Source of the DNA: an uncultured Gemmatimonadales bacterium
Lineage (GTDB): Bacteria > Gemmatimonadota > Gemmatimonadetes > Gemmatimonadales > Gemmatimonadaceae
Direction of reading: 5' to 3'
Length of the DNA: 64,000 bases
Assembly (NCBI GenBank): GCA_963701965.1
Contig: OY969695.1
Location: 1,856,001-1,920,000 of the forward strand
The notes below the pieces were generated by a model. That model was given only the letters and a program-made list of their open reading frames with translations. It made no database searches and was not told the DNA's origin. The translations under genes were made by a program, and so were the position numbers. The stretch's first letter is position 1, and each line of letters begins with the position of its first letter. Shown here piece by piece: positions 29,001 through 38,178 of the stretch.

Positions 29001-29740
29001 CGGCGGCCGTGCACCGTCGGGTCGTACAGGTTCTCGTCTCGCACACCAACGGTTCTTGTCATCGCCAACGGGAAGGCGAGATCGCCGACTTGGTCCTCCG
29101 TATGGCCGTCCGACCCGAGCGAGAGTCGCCCGCCTTCGGCGGCGGCCCGGCGCACGAAGCGCTCGTGGGCGCGATAACGGTTCGAGACCTCGAAGGCGAT
29201 ACCAGCCGCGGCGAGCGCACGGACCGCGCGCGTCTCGCGTTCCTCGGTCCACAGCGTCTCCAACGGGAGCCCGCGATACGGCAGGGGGAGGAGCGTGGGG
29301 TGGGCCAGAATATCCACGGGCATCTCGGCGGCAAACCGCTCGAGATTGGCGACGTGGGCGTCCATGTACGCGTCGGGCGTCAGCCCTTCGGGCAGGGCCC
29401 GCTGCCACATGTTGATCAAGGTCCCATCGTCCAGCGTGATGGCATGCAAGGACCCAATGCGATGCGTGAACCGCCGCACCACCGCGTCGGGCAGCTCGCG
29501 CCACAGCGTGTCGTGCCAATCGAATTCCGCGCTCCGCCCCACATCGAGCGCCGAGAGGGCGTCGAGATACTCGCTCAGCGCCTCGGTCGAGCCGAGGGTG
29601 GTGTTGGAGACGAGCGACGCATGATCCGAGATGCTGGGCCGCACCCCGCGGGCCCGCACCCGATCGACCAGTTCCGCGGGCGTGAGCGTGCCGTCGGAAT
29701 AGATCGTGTGGGCGTGGCAGTCAAACGGCTGCCAGCTCAC
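28997..29740 (-). CDS. PHP domain protein (HisPPase-like phosphoesterase)
   Basis: DCHAHTIYSDG, ISDH, IGSLH, ILAHP, LGSDGH. Confidence 0.88.
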   Translation of the reverse strand: MSWQPFDCHAHTIYSDGTLTPAELVDRVRARGVRPSISDHASLVSNTTLGSTEALSEYLDALSALDVGRSAEFDWHDTLWRELPDAVVRRFTHRIGSLHAITLDDGTLINMWQRALPEGLTPDAYMDAHVANLERFAAEMPVDILAHPTLLPLPYRGLPLETLWTEERETRAVRALAAAGIAFEVSNRYRAHERFVRRAAAEGGRLSLGSDGHTEDQVGDLAFPLAMTRTVGVRDENLYDPTVHGRR

Positions 29741-31965
29741 GGACGCGGAGTAGTGGAATTCGGGGGAACCGTCCGCGGGACCGCGTCGGCCGGCGAGCGG
29801 CCGGGCGTCGCCAACGGCTCGGGGGCCGTCACCGGCAAATGCTGCAACGTATCGCCGACCGACGTGTTGCTCGCACTGTGGACGTTGCACTCCTGCACGG
29901 GCTCGGTGCCCGGGAGGTACCACTCGGTGACCACGATGGGCGCGGGACAGTACGGGTTCTTGAGGAGTCCCGTCGTGCGGTCGATGTCGCGCGCCACGAG
30001 TCCATCGGGCCGCGGCCAGTCTGGCGGCGCCGGCTTCCGGCGATACACCTCGTTCATGAACGCCGTCCACGCGGGCGCGGCCAGGATGCCGCCCTGCGCA
30101 TTGACCTTGATCTTGGTCGGCCGATCCATGCCGATCCAGACGCCCGCGACAATGTCGGCCGTGTACCCGATGAACCAGACATCATTGCCGTCGTTCGTGG
30201 TGCCGGTCTTTCCGCCCGCCGGCAGATGGAAGCCGCCCAGGGACACGGCGCTAAACGCCGTGCCGTGGAGGATGACGTCCTTCATCATGTCCACCATGAG
30301 CCAGGCTTCCGTCGCGGAGAGGACCGGCACCGTGATGATCGACGGCTCCCAGAGCACTTGGCCCTGCGCGTTCTCGACGCGGGTGATGGCCATCGGCGCC
30401 ACCCGCTGCCCGAGGTTGGCGAACGCCGAGTAGGAGGAGACCATCTCGATGGGGTACACGCTTTCGGAGCCGATGTAGATCGACGGGTACGGGTGGATCG
30501 GCGTCGAGATGCCGAACCGCCGGGCCTCGTCGATTACGCTCTGGGGCCCGAGCTCCATGCCCAGCCGGATGGCCACCATGTTCCGGGACTGGTACAGCCC
30601 CCGGCGCATGGTCATGAGGCCGAAGAATTTCCCATCGTCGTCTTTGGGCGTCCACAACGAGCCGTCGTATTGCTCGATCGAGAGCGGCGAGTCGTCCACC
30701 ATGTACGAGGGCGGGCGTCCGTTCTGGATCGCGTCCGCGTAGACGATCGGCTTGAACGACGAGCCGGGCTGCCGGAGCGCTTGCGTGCAGCGGTTGAACT
30801 TGGAGTCATCGAAGTCGCGGCCGCCCACCATGGCGCGTACGGCGCCCGTGCGGGGCTCGAGGGCGACGAAGCACCCCTGCAGATACGGCGAGTTGGGCAC
30901 ATCCGCCTGCTCGCCGGACGCGTTGCGGGCGATGTACTGCTCATAGGTCGTGTGCGGAAACTTCCCGTAACGGCCGCCCTCGATCCCCCGCAGCTGCTGT
31001 TCCAGCGCGCGGTCGGCGGCGGACTGCATGTCGGGGTCGAGCGTCGTATAGACCTTGAGGCCCTGTTCGTAAAGCGAGCGGCCAAACTGGGCATCGAGTT
31101 GCTGGCGCACCCATTCGACGAAATACGGCGCGACGTCGCCCGACTCGCGGCGCCGCGCCAGCTGCAGCGGATAGGCGCGCGCCTCGCTGGCCGCGACGTC
31201 GGTCACGACGCCGCTCCGGCGCATGAGCTCGATCACCGTGTTGCGCCGCGTGACCGCGCGCTCGGGAAAGCGCTTGGGGTTGTAGCGTTCCGGGCCTTTC
31301 GGAAGCGCCGCGAGGGTGGCCGCCTCCGCCAGGTTCAGCTCGCGCGCCGACTTGCCAAAGTACCGCTGCGCCGCGGCCTCCACGCCATAGGCGCCGTTCC
31401 CGAGGTAGATCTGGTTCAGATACAGCTCGAGAATCGTGTCTTTCGGGTACTTGGCCTCGATCGCCCGCGCCACCTTCGCTTCTTTCAGCTTGCGAATGAG
31501 CGTTTTCTCACGCGTCAGCGCCTCGGGGAAAATATTCCGGGCGAGCTGCATGGTGATCGTGGAGAACCCTTGGGCGTAGGTGCGCGCAATGATATCGCGG
31601 CCCAGGGCGCCGCCAACCCGACGCCAGTCGATCCCGGCGTGCTCGTAGAAGCGCTTATCCTCGGTCACGACGAAGGCATCGCGCACCGGCTTGGGGATCT
31701 CGTTGAGCCGCAGCAGGGTGCGGCGCTCGAGGCCCAGCTCGGCGAGGAAACTGCCGTCCGCGGCGTACAGCTTGGACGTCTGCCGGGGCTGGAAACCCTT
31801 GAGGACGTCTACGGAGGGGCACCGGTCATCCCGGCACACCAGCTCCCACGCGGCGTACCCGAAGCCGGCGCCGAAGCAGATGAGGAACGTGATTGATAGG
31901 AGGCCGGCCCGCACGAGCCGCGGGTGGCTGCGCCACGACGCCGCGATCGTCTTCCTAGGGGACAA
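29737..31965 (-). CDS. Class A penicillin-binding protein (PBP1A family)
   Basis: EDKRFYEH, GFSTITMQLARN, RKLKE, RQPGSSFKP (SxxK), SRN, GKTGTTND. The true start may be 31984. Confidence 0.95.
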   Translation of the reverse strand: MSPRKTIAASWRSHPRLVRAGLLSITFLICFGAGFGYAAWELVCRDDRCPSVDVLKGFQPRQTSKLYAADGSFLAELGLERRTLLRLNEIPKPVRDAFVVTEDKRFYEHAGIDWRRVGGALGRDIIARTYAQGFSTITMQLARNIFPEALTREKTLIRKLKEAKVARAIEAKYPKDTILELYLNQIYLGNGAYGVEAAAQRYFGKSARELNLAEAATLAALPKGPERYNPKRFPERAVTRRNTVIELMRRSGVVTDVAASEARAYPLQLARRRESGDVAPYFVEWVRQQLDAQFGRSLYEQGLKVYTTLDPDMQSAADRALEQQLRGIEGGRYGKFPHTTYEQYIARNASGEQADVPNSPYLQGCFVALEPRTGAVRAMVGGRDFDDSKFNRCTQALRQPGSSFKPIVYADAIQNGRPPSYMVDDSPLSIEQYDGSLWTPKDDDGKFFGLMTMRRGLYQSRNMVAIRLGMELGPQSVIDEARRFGISTPIHPYPSIYIGSESVYPIEMVSSYSAFANLGQRVAPMAITRVENAQGQVLWEPSIITVPVLSATEAWLMVDMMKDVILHGTAFSAVSLGGFHLPAGGKTGTTNDGNDVWFIGYTADIVAGVWIGMDRPTKIKVNAQGGILAAPAWTAFMNEVYRRKPAPPDWPRPDGLVARDIDRTTGLLKNPYCPAPIVVTEWYLPGTEPVQECNVHSASNTSVGDTLQHLPVTAPEPLATPGRSPADAVPRTVPPNSTTPRP

Positions 31966-32118
31966 CGGACACTCGGCTCCTCATGAGTACAGTCTACAAA
32001 AACTAACTGACGGCAGGCACTTGACCACGCAACCCCCATCAATGACCGTCAGGCGGTCCCTCTTGTCACGCCCTATGCTGTCACGCGCTATGCGGGAGCA
32101 CCGATAGATCCGGACATT

Positions 32119-32952
32119 TTGCGTATACCCGTGGGACCGGGAGCGGTCCACGTGGAACGCTATGGCCATGGCGGCAGCCCCGTGGTGTGTCTCCACGGAT
32201 TCGGCACGTCGACCTTTTTGTGGCGCGCCGTCGCGCCGGAGCTGGCGGAACACGGCCGGACGACCGTGGCCCTCGACATGCTGGGCTACGGCGAGTCGGA
32301 CCGCCCGCTGGACACCGAGTACGGCATCGCGGCCCAGGCAGAGTACCTCGACCGCGCGCTGACCGCGCTCCGCATTCCGCGCGCGGCCATCGTGGGTGTC
32401 GACCTCGGCGGCGCGGTCGCGCTGCGCCTGGCGGCGACCCGGCGCGACCGGGTGTCTCATCTTTGTCTCATCAACAGTCTGGGGCCGGACGGCGTACCTA
32501 GTGGAGACCTGCGCGCGCTCCAACGGAACACCGCGCGGTATGTGCTCCGAGTCGCCAGTGGCATCCTCGGCGCCGCGCCGCTCCTGACTCCGCTGTTGCA
32601 ACGCAGCGTGGTGGACCAGTCCCGCATGCCGCCGCGACTGGTGGCGCGGTATCTCGCGCCATACGTCGGGCAGCAGGGCGTCAGTCATCTGCTGGCGCTC
32701 GCGCGCGCCGTCCATAGCGAGGATGTGGACGACATCGACCTGGGCGCCGTACATGCGCCGGCGTTGGTAGTGCGCAGCGACGAGGATCACTGGCTCGATG
32801 CGGAGGTCGCGACGCGGTTGGCGGCGCGCCTCGCCGCGGGCACGCTCGTCCGTCTGCCGGGCCTCGGCCGGCTCGTGCCCGAAGAGGCGCCGGAGCGACT
32901 CGTCACATTGATTCTCGACTTCATCTCGGTGCGCGCCGCGACGAGTGCGTGA
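32119..32952 (+). CDS. Alpha/beta fold hydrolase
   Basis: CLHGFG, DMLGYGESD, GVDLGG nucleophile elbow (Asp). The catalytic His position appears to read GRLVPEE. Confidence 0.85.
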   Translation: MRIPVGPGAVHVERYGHGGSPVVCLHGFGTSTFLWRAVAPELAEHGRTTVALDMLGYGESDRPLDTEYGIAAQAEYLDRALTALRIPRAAIVGVDLGGAVALRLAATRRDRVSHLCLINSLGPDGVPSGDLRALQRNTARYVLRVASGILGAAPLLTPLLQRSVVDQSRMPPRLVARYLAPYVGQQGVSHLLALARAVHSEDVDDIDLGAVHAPALVVRSDEDHWLDAEVATRLAARLAAGTLVRLPGLGRLVPEEAPERLVTLILDFISVRAATSA

Positions 32953-32979
32953 CCGCGACGAAGCGATTATATTTCGCGC

Positions 32980-33264
32980 ATGGCGAAGCAGAAGACAAAG
33001 CGTCAACGGGACGTCGCCCTACCGAGTCCATTCGAGGAAGCGCGCGACGAACTGTTTCAGCAGATCATGCAGTGCGGTGTGATCGGCGCTGATTCGGCGC
33101 ATCAGGCAGAGTGGTTCCGTGAGACGCTCGCGTATTTGGCGGATCGGTATCACGAGTTGGCTCCCGCACAACTGATCGAGCTGCGCACGCTGGGCGAGCG
33201 GTTTGTCCAGCCGCCGAAGTCGGGCGCGCCGCGAGAGAACGCCGAGAGCGCGTCGGCGGCTTAG
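32980..33264 (+). CDS. Small hypothetical protein (94 aa)
   Basis: Helical, non-shadow composition. TATATT lies 6 nt before the ATG. Confidence 0.7.
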   Translation: MAKQKTKRQRDVALPSPFEEARDELFQQIMQCGVIGADSAHQAEWFRETLAYLADRYHELAPAQLIELRTLGERFVQPPKSGAPRENAESASAA

Positions 33265-33755
33265 CGCCACCCCGTCGCTTGCGCGCGACGGAAGACAAGA
33301 CCCACGCGCACGCCGCTGCCGACGCCGGCCTCCAGGGCCGGCACGACGCGGCCCCAGCGCGGCCCTTCGAGGCCCAGGAGCGCGACCAGATAGGTGCGCG
33401 CCCGCTCCCCCGCGTCGGCCCGTTGCCCGAGCCCGGCGCTCGCGTAAGGCCCCCATCAATGCTGGGCCAGCGGATCGAGTAGGAAGCGGCCGAAGATCTC
33501 GACTCGGCCACCCACTCCGAGGGGTCCCGTGATCGCACCGATTCCCGCAATCGCGCCCAGGCGAACATACGTCCCCACGGGCAGAAAGAAGCCGATGCCC
33601 GGTTCGATCGCCGTGCGGGACTGCATGAGCGCATCGACGCGCCCCTCCAGTCGCGGGCCCGGGACCGAATCGCGGACGACCTGGGCGCCAAGCGGAGCCG
33701 TCGCCGCGAACAGGAGCACAATCCCGGCCTTCAGGCCGCAGCGCGACCGTGCCAC
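33261..33755 (-). pseudogene. Exported beta-strand-rich protein interrupted by an in-frame TGA at 33456-33458
   Basis: Signal peptide AGIVLLFAATAPLGA-Q. RFLLDPLAQH*WGPYASAGLG...LEAGVGSGVRVGLVFRR continues in the same frame to TAA 33261. TACACT lies 6 nt before GTG 33755. Confidence 0.6.
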
Positions 33756-34258
33756 AACGCGAGTGTATAGTCCCCGATCGCGATCACCGCGGCGATACCG
33801 ACCGCCAGCACCACCCAGTCCGCGAACGCCGGCGCCACGAGGACGACAATGAGCGCGAGGAGTTGCAAGGTTGTCACCATCTTTCCGGCCCATCGCGCGC
33901 GAAATGGCACCGCGCGGAGCCACACGACGCTGCGCGCCACCAGAAATCCGATCGCCGTCGCCAGATCCCGCGACAAGAGGATGAAGTACTGGGCCCGCGT
34001 AATGCGCCCGGCGGCGAGCAACACCATGACCGCCGTGAGCACGAATGTCCGATCGGCAATGGGATCGAGCATGGCGCCGAACCGCGTGACCTCGCGCCGC
34101 TTCCGCGCGATCCACCCGTCGAGCACGTCGGACAGCGACGCGGCCCCGATGAGCGCCACGCGCGCGTCGGCCGTACGCGTGACGAAAAACGCGACGGCCA
34201 TGGCGAACCGGGACATCGACACCACGTTCGGCAGCGTGAAGACCGGCTCGCGCCGCAT
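33731..34258 (-). CDS. CDP-alcohol phosphatidyltransferase (PgsA-like)
   Basis: TLPNVVSMSR, SDVLDGWIARK...FGAMLDPIADR, GKMVTTLQ. Confidence 0.92.
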   Translation of the reverse strand: MRREPVFTLPNVVSMSRFAMAVAFFVTRTADARVALIGAASLSDVLDGWIARKRREVTRFGAMLDPIADRTFVLTAVMVLLAAGRITRAQYFILLSRDLATAIGFLVARSVVWLRAVPFRARWAGKMVTTLQLLALIVVLVAPAFADWVVLAVGIAAVIAIGDYTLALWHGRAAA

Positions 34259-34316
34259 GATGAGAAGAAGCTTACATGCTTGCCCCCGCGGCGGGGAGCG
34301 CCTAGCTTAGGCCCCC

Positions 34317-34784
34317 GTGCCCCCGACCGTGATCGAACTGCTGCGCGCGCAGGCGATCTTCGCGGGCCTCGAGCCTCATCAGCTGTCCCTCGTCAGCGAG
34401 CTCTGTCGCGAACAACGGTTCGTCTCCGCGGAGACGATTTTTCGCGAGGGTGAGATCGGCGACCGCTTATTTCTCATCGTCGACGGCGACGTCCGCATCA
34501 GCCGCCAGATTCCCGGCAGCGGTGAGGAAGCGCTCGCCGTGCTCAAATCCGGGTCGCTCTTCGGCGAGATGGCGGTCCTCGATCCCGCGCCGCGCTCGAC
34601 CAATGCCGTGGCCAACACCGCGGTCACCTGCCTGACGATCTACCGGTCGGACTTCGAGCTGCTCCTCCAGCGCGACCACGACATTGGTTTCACCGTGCTC
34701 CGCGCCGTGGTCAAAATGCTCTCGGCGCGGCTCCGCGCCACGAACAACTCCTTGCAGTCGTTCCTCGCCATGTCAATGTTTTGA
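34317..34784 (+). CDS. Stand-alone cyclic nucleotide-binding domain protein
   Basis: IFREGEIGDRLFLIVDGDV, FGEMAVLDPAPRS. No HTH. Confidence 0.9.
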   Translation: MPPTVIELLRAQAIFAGLEPHQLSLVSELCREQRFVSAETIFREGEIGDRLFLIVDGDVRISRQIPGSGEEALAVLKSGSLFGEMAVLDPAPRSTNAVANTAVTCLTIYRSDFELLLQRDHDIGFTVLRAVVKMLSARLRATNNSLQSFLAMSMF

Positions 34785-34785
34785 C

Positions 34786-35538
34786 ATGAGCTCCACACCC
34801 CGCGCCGCCGTGCGTCATGCCGTGATCCCCTGCGGCGGACGCAATGCGTCAATGCGGTCACTGACGGACGGGGGGGCCGTGGGGGGGGCGGTCGAGGTCC
34901 TCCCCATCGCCGGCGTACCAATGATCGAGTGGGTCGTGCGGGAGTGCGCCGCCAGCGGGACCAGCGACCTGCTCATCGTCACGCGCTCTGACACCATCCG
35001 CGAGCGGGTCGCGCCGCGGGCCGGCACGCCAGGGTTCCCGCTGCGCATCGAGTTCGCGTCCTACACCGGGACGCCAGGAACCCTCGCCGACGCGTTGGCC
35101 GTGGCCCGCACCTTCGCCGGAGACCCGCTGGCGCCCATCGGCGTCGCCATCCCCACGAACCTGTTCATCGGCGACGCGCCGGGGCTGGCCCAAGTCGTCG
35201 AGAGCTACTACCGCTCCGGCCACAGTGTCGTCGGCATCGTCGGCGACGCCGCGGGCGACGAGATCGACCTGGCGCCCACGCTGCCCGCCATGGCCGGCAT
35301 GATCGGCATGGTCGGCCGCTACCTCATCGGTCCGTCCGCGTGGGACGTGCTTCAGGCGCATCCCACCGCCCGCGATGACCGCGCCGTCCTACGCGCGCTC
35401 CTCGAGGCCAACGCGCTCATTGGTCGCCGCATGCGCGGACAGTTCCTGGACATGGGCAGCCCGTCCGGCTACACCGCCGCCAACCGCGCGACCATCCGGC
35501 CGCCGCGCCACTCGGCGCCCACCGGTCGGATCGAGTGA
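34786..35538 (+). CDS. Sugar-phosphate nucleotidyltransferase-like protein (GalU-like, degenerate)
   Basis: HAVIPCGG, EVLPIAGVPMIEWVVRECAASG, PGTLADAL, VGRYLI, DMGSPSGY. The GxGTR and PK motifs are altered. Confidence 0.75.
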   Translation: MSSTPRAAVRHAVIPCGGRNASMRSLTDGGAVGGAVEVLPIAGVPMIEWVVRECAASGTSDLLIVTRSDTIRERVAPRAGTPGFPLRIEFASYTGTPGTLADALAVARTFAGDPLAPIGVAIPTNLFIGDAPGLAQVVESYYRSGHSVVGIVGDAAGDEIDLAPTLPAMAGMIGMVGRYLIGPSAWDVLQAHPTARDDRAVLRALLEANALIGRRMRGQFLDMGSPSGYTAANRATIRPPRHSAPTGRIE

Positions 35539-35873
35539 GCGCCTATAGCCACCTGTCCGCCGACTTTCGCGGGGTCACCGTCCAACAGTTGAGCAATGTG
35601 TCACTGCTCACGGGGTTGCTGATCGCCGCCGCCGGCGCGGCCGGCTTCCCCGGAACGGGCGCGCCCATCGTGCGCCGTCTGCCGAATGACGGCGTCACCG
35701 GCGTGCTCGCGCTGGAAGGGTCGCAGACGTCGCTCCTCACGGACCCCGACGCGGGACTGCTCCTGCTCGACGTGCTCGCTCCGTCGACCCTCGAGCCCCG
35801 CAAGGCGCTCGACGTGTTCGCGCGGCGACTGGTCGCGCGCGAAGTCCACAGCGAGCAGCGCGCCCGCGGCTGA
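35535..35873 (+). CDS. S-adenosylmethionine decarboxylase-fold protein (degenerate)
   Basis: SHLSADFRGV...GVTGVLALEGSQTSLLTDPDAGLLLLDV aligns by eye with class 1 AdoMetDC. Confidence 0.65.
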   Translation: MSAYSHLSADFRGVTVQQLSNVSLLTGLLIAAAGAAGFPGTGAPIVRRLPNDGVTGVLALEGSQTSLLTDPDAGLLLLDVLAPSTLEPRKALDVFARRLVAREVHSEQRARG

Positions 35874-35879
35874 GCCAGC

Positions 35880-37456
35880 ATGGCGTCGGACTGGGCGTCA
35901 CACATCCCGTCGGTCCTCCTCGCGCGCGACACGCTGATCCACATCTACGTCGGCGTGTCGATCGCCATCCTGCTGTGGGACATCGTGCTCGGCGGTCAGA
36001 TCGCGCAGTTCCGCCAGTCGCCCGCGCCGCTGGCGGCGCTCTCCGCGGTGTCGGCACTGCTCGTGGCGCCGGCGGTGCTCATCAGTGCCGCCTCGGCGTC
36101 GAACACCACGGGCCACACGTTCGACGCGCTGTCCTGGGTGTCGCCGGCGACCATGCTCGTCGTCAGCGCGCAGGCCGCCTACGCCACCGGCCGGCGCATC
36201 GTCTCGCCCGCGCTGGGGCTTCCGATCCTCATCTACGATCTGCTGCTCACGGTCATCGCCGCGACGCAATGGGTGACGGCCGCGGGCGGGTCGCCGTCGG
36301 ACTCGGCGCTGGCGCTGATCGTGGCGCACGTCAATGTGTTGGGGTATATCGGCGGTCCGGCGACGCTGGGATGGGCGTACGCGCTGCAGCCACCAATGCT
36401 GGCGCCGGCCTTCCCCGCCCGCGGCTGGATCGCCAAGGTCATGCGTCCCTTGCTCGCGCTGGTGGCGGTGGGGTGGTTCGCGGCGATCATGTTGGCGCTG
36501 CCGAGCGCCATGCTGACGGTCCGGAGCTACGCGGCGCTGGGGACGGAGCCGTTGGTGGAACGCCCGGCCGGCGACTTCACGGTGGGCGTGAGTGTTTTGC
36601 CGGCGCTGGAGGCGCCGCCGACCGCGCGCGCCCTTCGACTGGACCTGGGACTGCTGGACACGACGGGCGCCGAGGCGCTCAGCGTGCGCATCGATCCCCG
36701 CGGCGCCCACCCGGCCGCGCTGGACTCGCTGAGCCGCGCGCTCGACCAGCTGCGGCGGGACACCACCGCGCTGATCGTGACCCTCGAGTATCCGCCGGAC
36801 GCCGCCCGGGAATACGCGGCGTCGCCTCAAGCGTACCAAGAAGCGCGGCTGGCCGAGTTGAGTCGGATCGCGCGGGCGCTCCACCCGGACTATCTCATCC
36901 CCGTCGATGAGCCGACGCGGCGCGGCGACAGCGCGCTCGGTCGGCCGCTGCCCGTGAATACGTGGACCCGATTCCTGAGCGCGGCCGCCTTCGCGATCCA
37001 CCGCGTCGACCCGCGCGTGCACGTCGCGGTCGCGGTGTCGACGTTCGGCGCCCGGGACAGCGCCCTCTACGCGTGGGTGACCGCGCCGGACTCGCCCGTC
37101 GACGCGGCCGGATTCGTGCTGCGGCCAATGTTCGCCGGCGCCGCGGATCTGGATGCCCAATGCGAGCCGCCGACCGCTGGATGGCGGCGGGCCCGCAGCC
37201 GCCCAAAGAGCACTGGGTCTTCGGGGCCTACGGGTACCCCGTGTCGCAGGGCGAAGTGAACCAGGAGCGGGCGATCTGGGCGAGTCTGGCGTGGGCCACG
37301 GGGCACTCGGCGATCAAAGGGTTGATCGTCGCCGATGCGGCCGACTACGGCGCCGTCATCGGGCTGCGGGCGCCCAGTGGCAGACTGCGCCACGTAGTGT
37401 CGGCCGTGAGCCGGGCGACGCGAAGCCTACGCGAAACCCAGGGACGCGAGCCATAA
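35880..37456 (+). CDS. Multi-pass membrane protein with a C-terminal alpha/beta (glycoside-hydrolase-like) domain; missing base near 37160
   Basis: About six TMs, then LHPDYLIPVDEP. The C-terminus MRAADRW...HWVFGAYGYP...GLRAPSGRLR continues in the shifted frame to 37456. Confidence 0.7.
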
Positions 37457-37467
37457 TTTCAGGGAAC

Positions 37468-38178
37468 ATGACATCGACCTTCCCGGGATTCCGGCCGGCG
37501 GCGTTCGCCTTTCTGCGCGGCCTCAAACGCAACAACCGCCGCGAATGGTTCGAAGCGCGGCGCGCGATCTATGACGAGGAACTGCGCGCGCCCCTCCGCG
37601 AACTGATCGAGGAGCTGGACGTGCGCCTGGCGCGCATCGCGCCGGAGCTGGCCGCCGACCCGAAGCGCTCGGTATTCCGCATCCACCGCGACACGCGCTT
37701 CTCGAAGGACAAGTCGCCGTACAAGCGCAACGTCGGATTCTGGGTCAACCATCGCGCGCTGGGCCGCGAGGCGGAGCAGATTCACGGCGGCGCCGGGCTG
37801 TACTTTCACTTCGAGCCCAATGCGTCCATCATCGCGGCCGGCATCTGGATGCCGCCGACGGCGGGTCTCAAGAAGATTCGCGCCGCCCTGGGTGACAATG
37901 CGGCCGGATTCGCCCGGGCGGTGCGCACCGTCGCCCGGCGGTTCTCGGGGCTCAGCGAAGAGGCAATGCTGCAACGCCTGCCGCGGGGATTCGCCGACTC
38001 CCATCCGGCCGCGCAATGGCTCCGCTACAAGTCGTTCACCGTGCACCGCGACCTGACCGCGGCCGAGCTGGGAAGCGCGAAGCTGCCGGACATCCTGGCC
38101 CGCGAGTTCCGGGCCGCCATCCCGTTCGTGCGCTGGATCAACCGCGCCCTGGGGTATCCGCCGGCGACCGTGCGCTAG
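37468..38178 (+). CDS. DUF2461 family protein
   Basis: FLRGLKRNNRREWF, FRIHRDTRFSKDKSPYK, LPRGF..HP. Confidence 0.9.
   Translation: MTSTFPGFRPAAFAFLRGLKRNNRREWFEARRAIYDEELRAPLRELIEELDVRLARIAPELAADPKRSVFRIHRDTRFSKDKSPYKRNVGFWVNHRALGREAEQIHGGAGLYFHFEPNASIIAAGIWMPPTAGLKKIRAALGDNAAGFARAVRTVARRFSGLSEEAMLQRLPRGFADSHPAAQWLRYKSFTVHRDLTAAELGSAKLPDILAREFRAAIPFVRWINRALGYPPATVR

Noticed and set aside
29839..31896. Long antisense ORFs (also 50341-52335, 46912-48771, 61172-63142, 12277-13839, 88-1689)
   Set aside because: High-GC shadow frames opposite clear genes, with no motifs of their own.
33456..33458. Selenocysteine codon
   Set aside because: No redox or Cys-type context, and the downstream hairpin is short and unconvincing as a SECIS.
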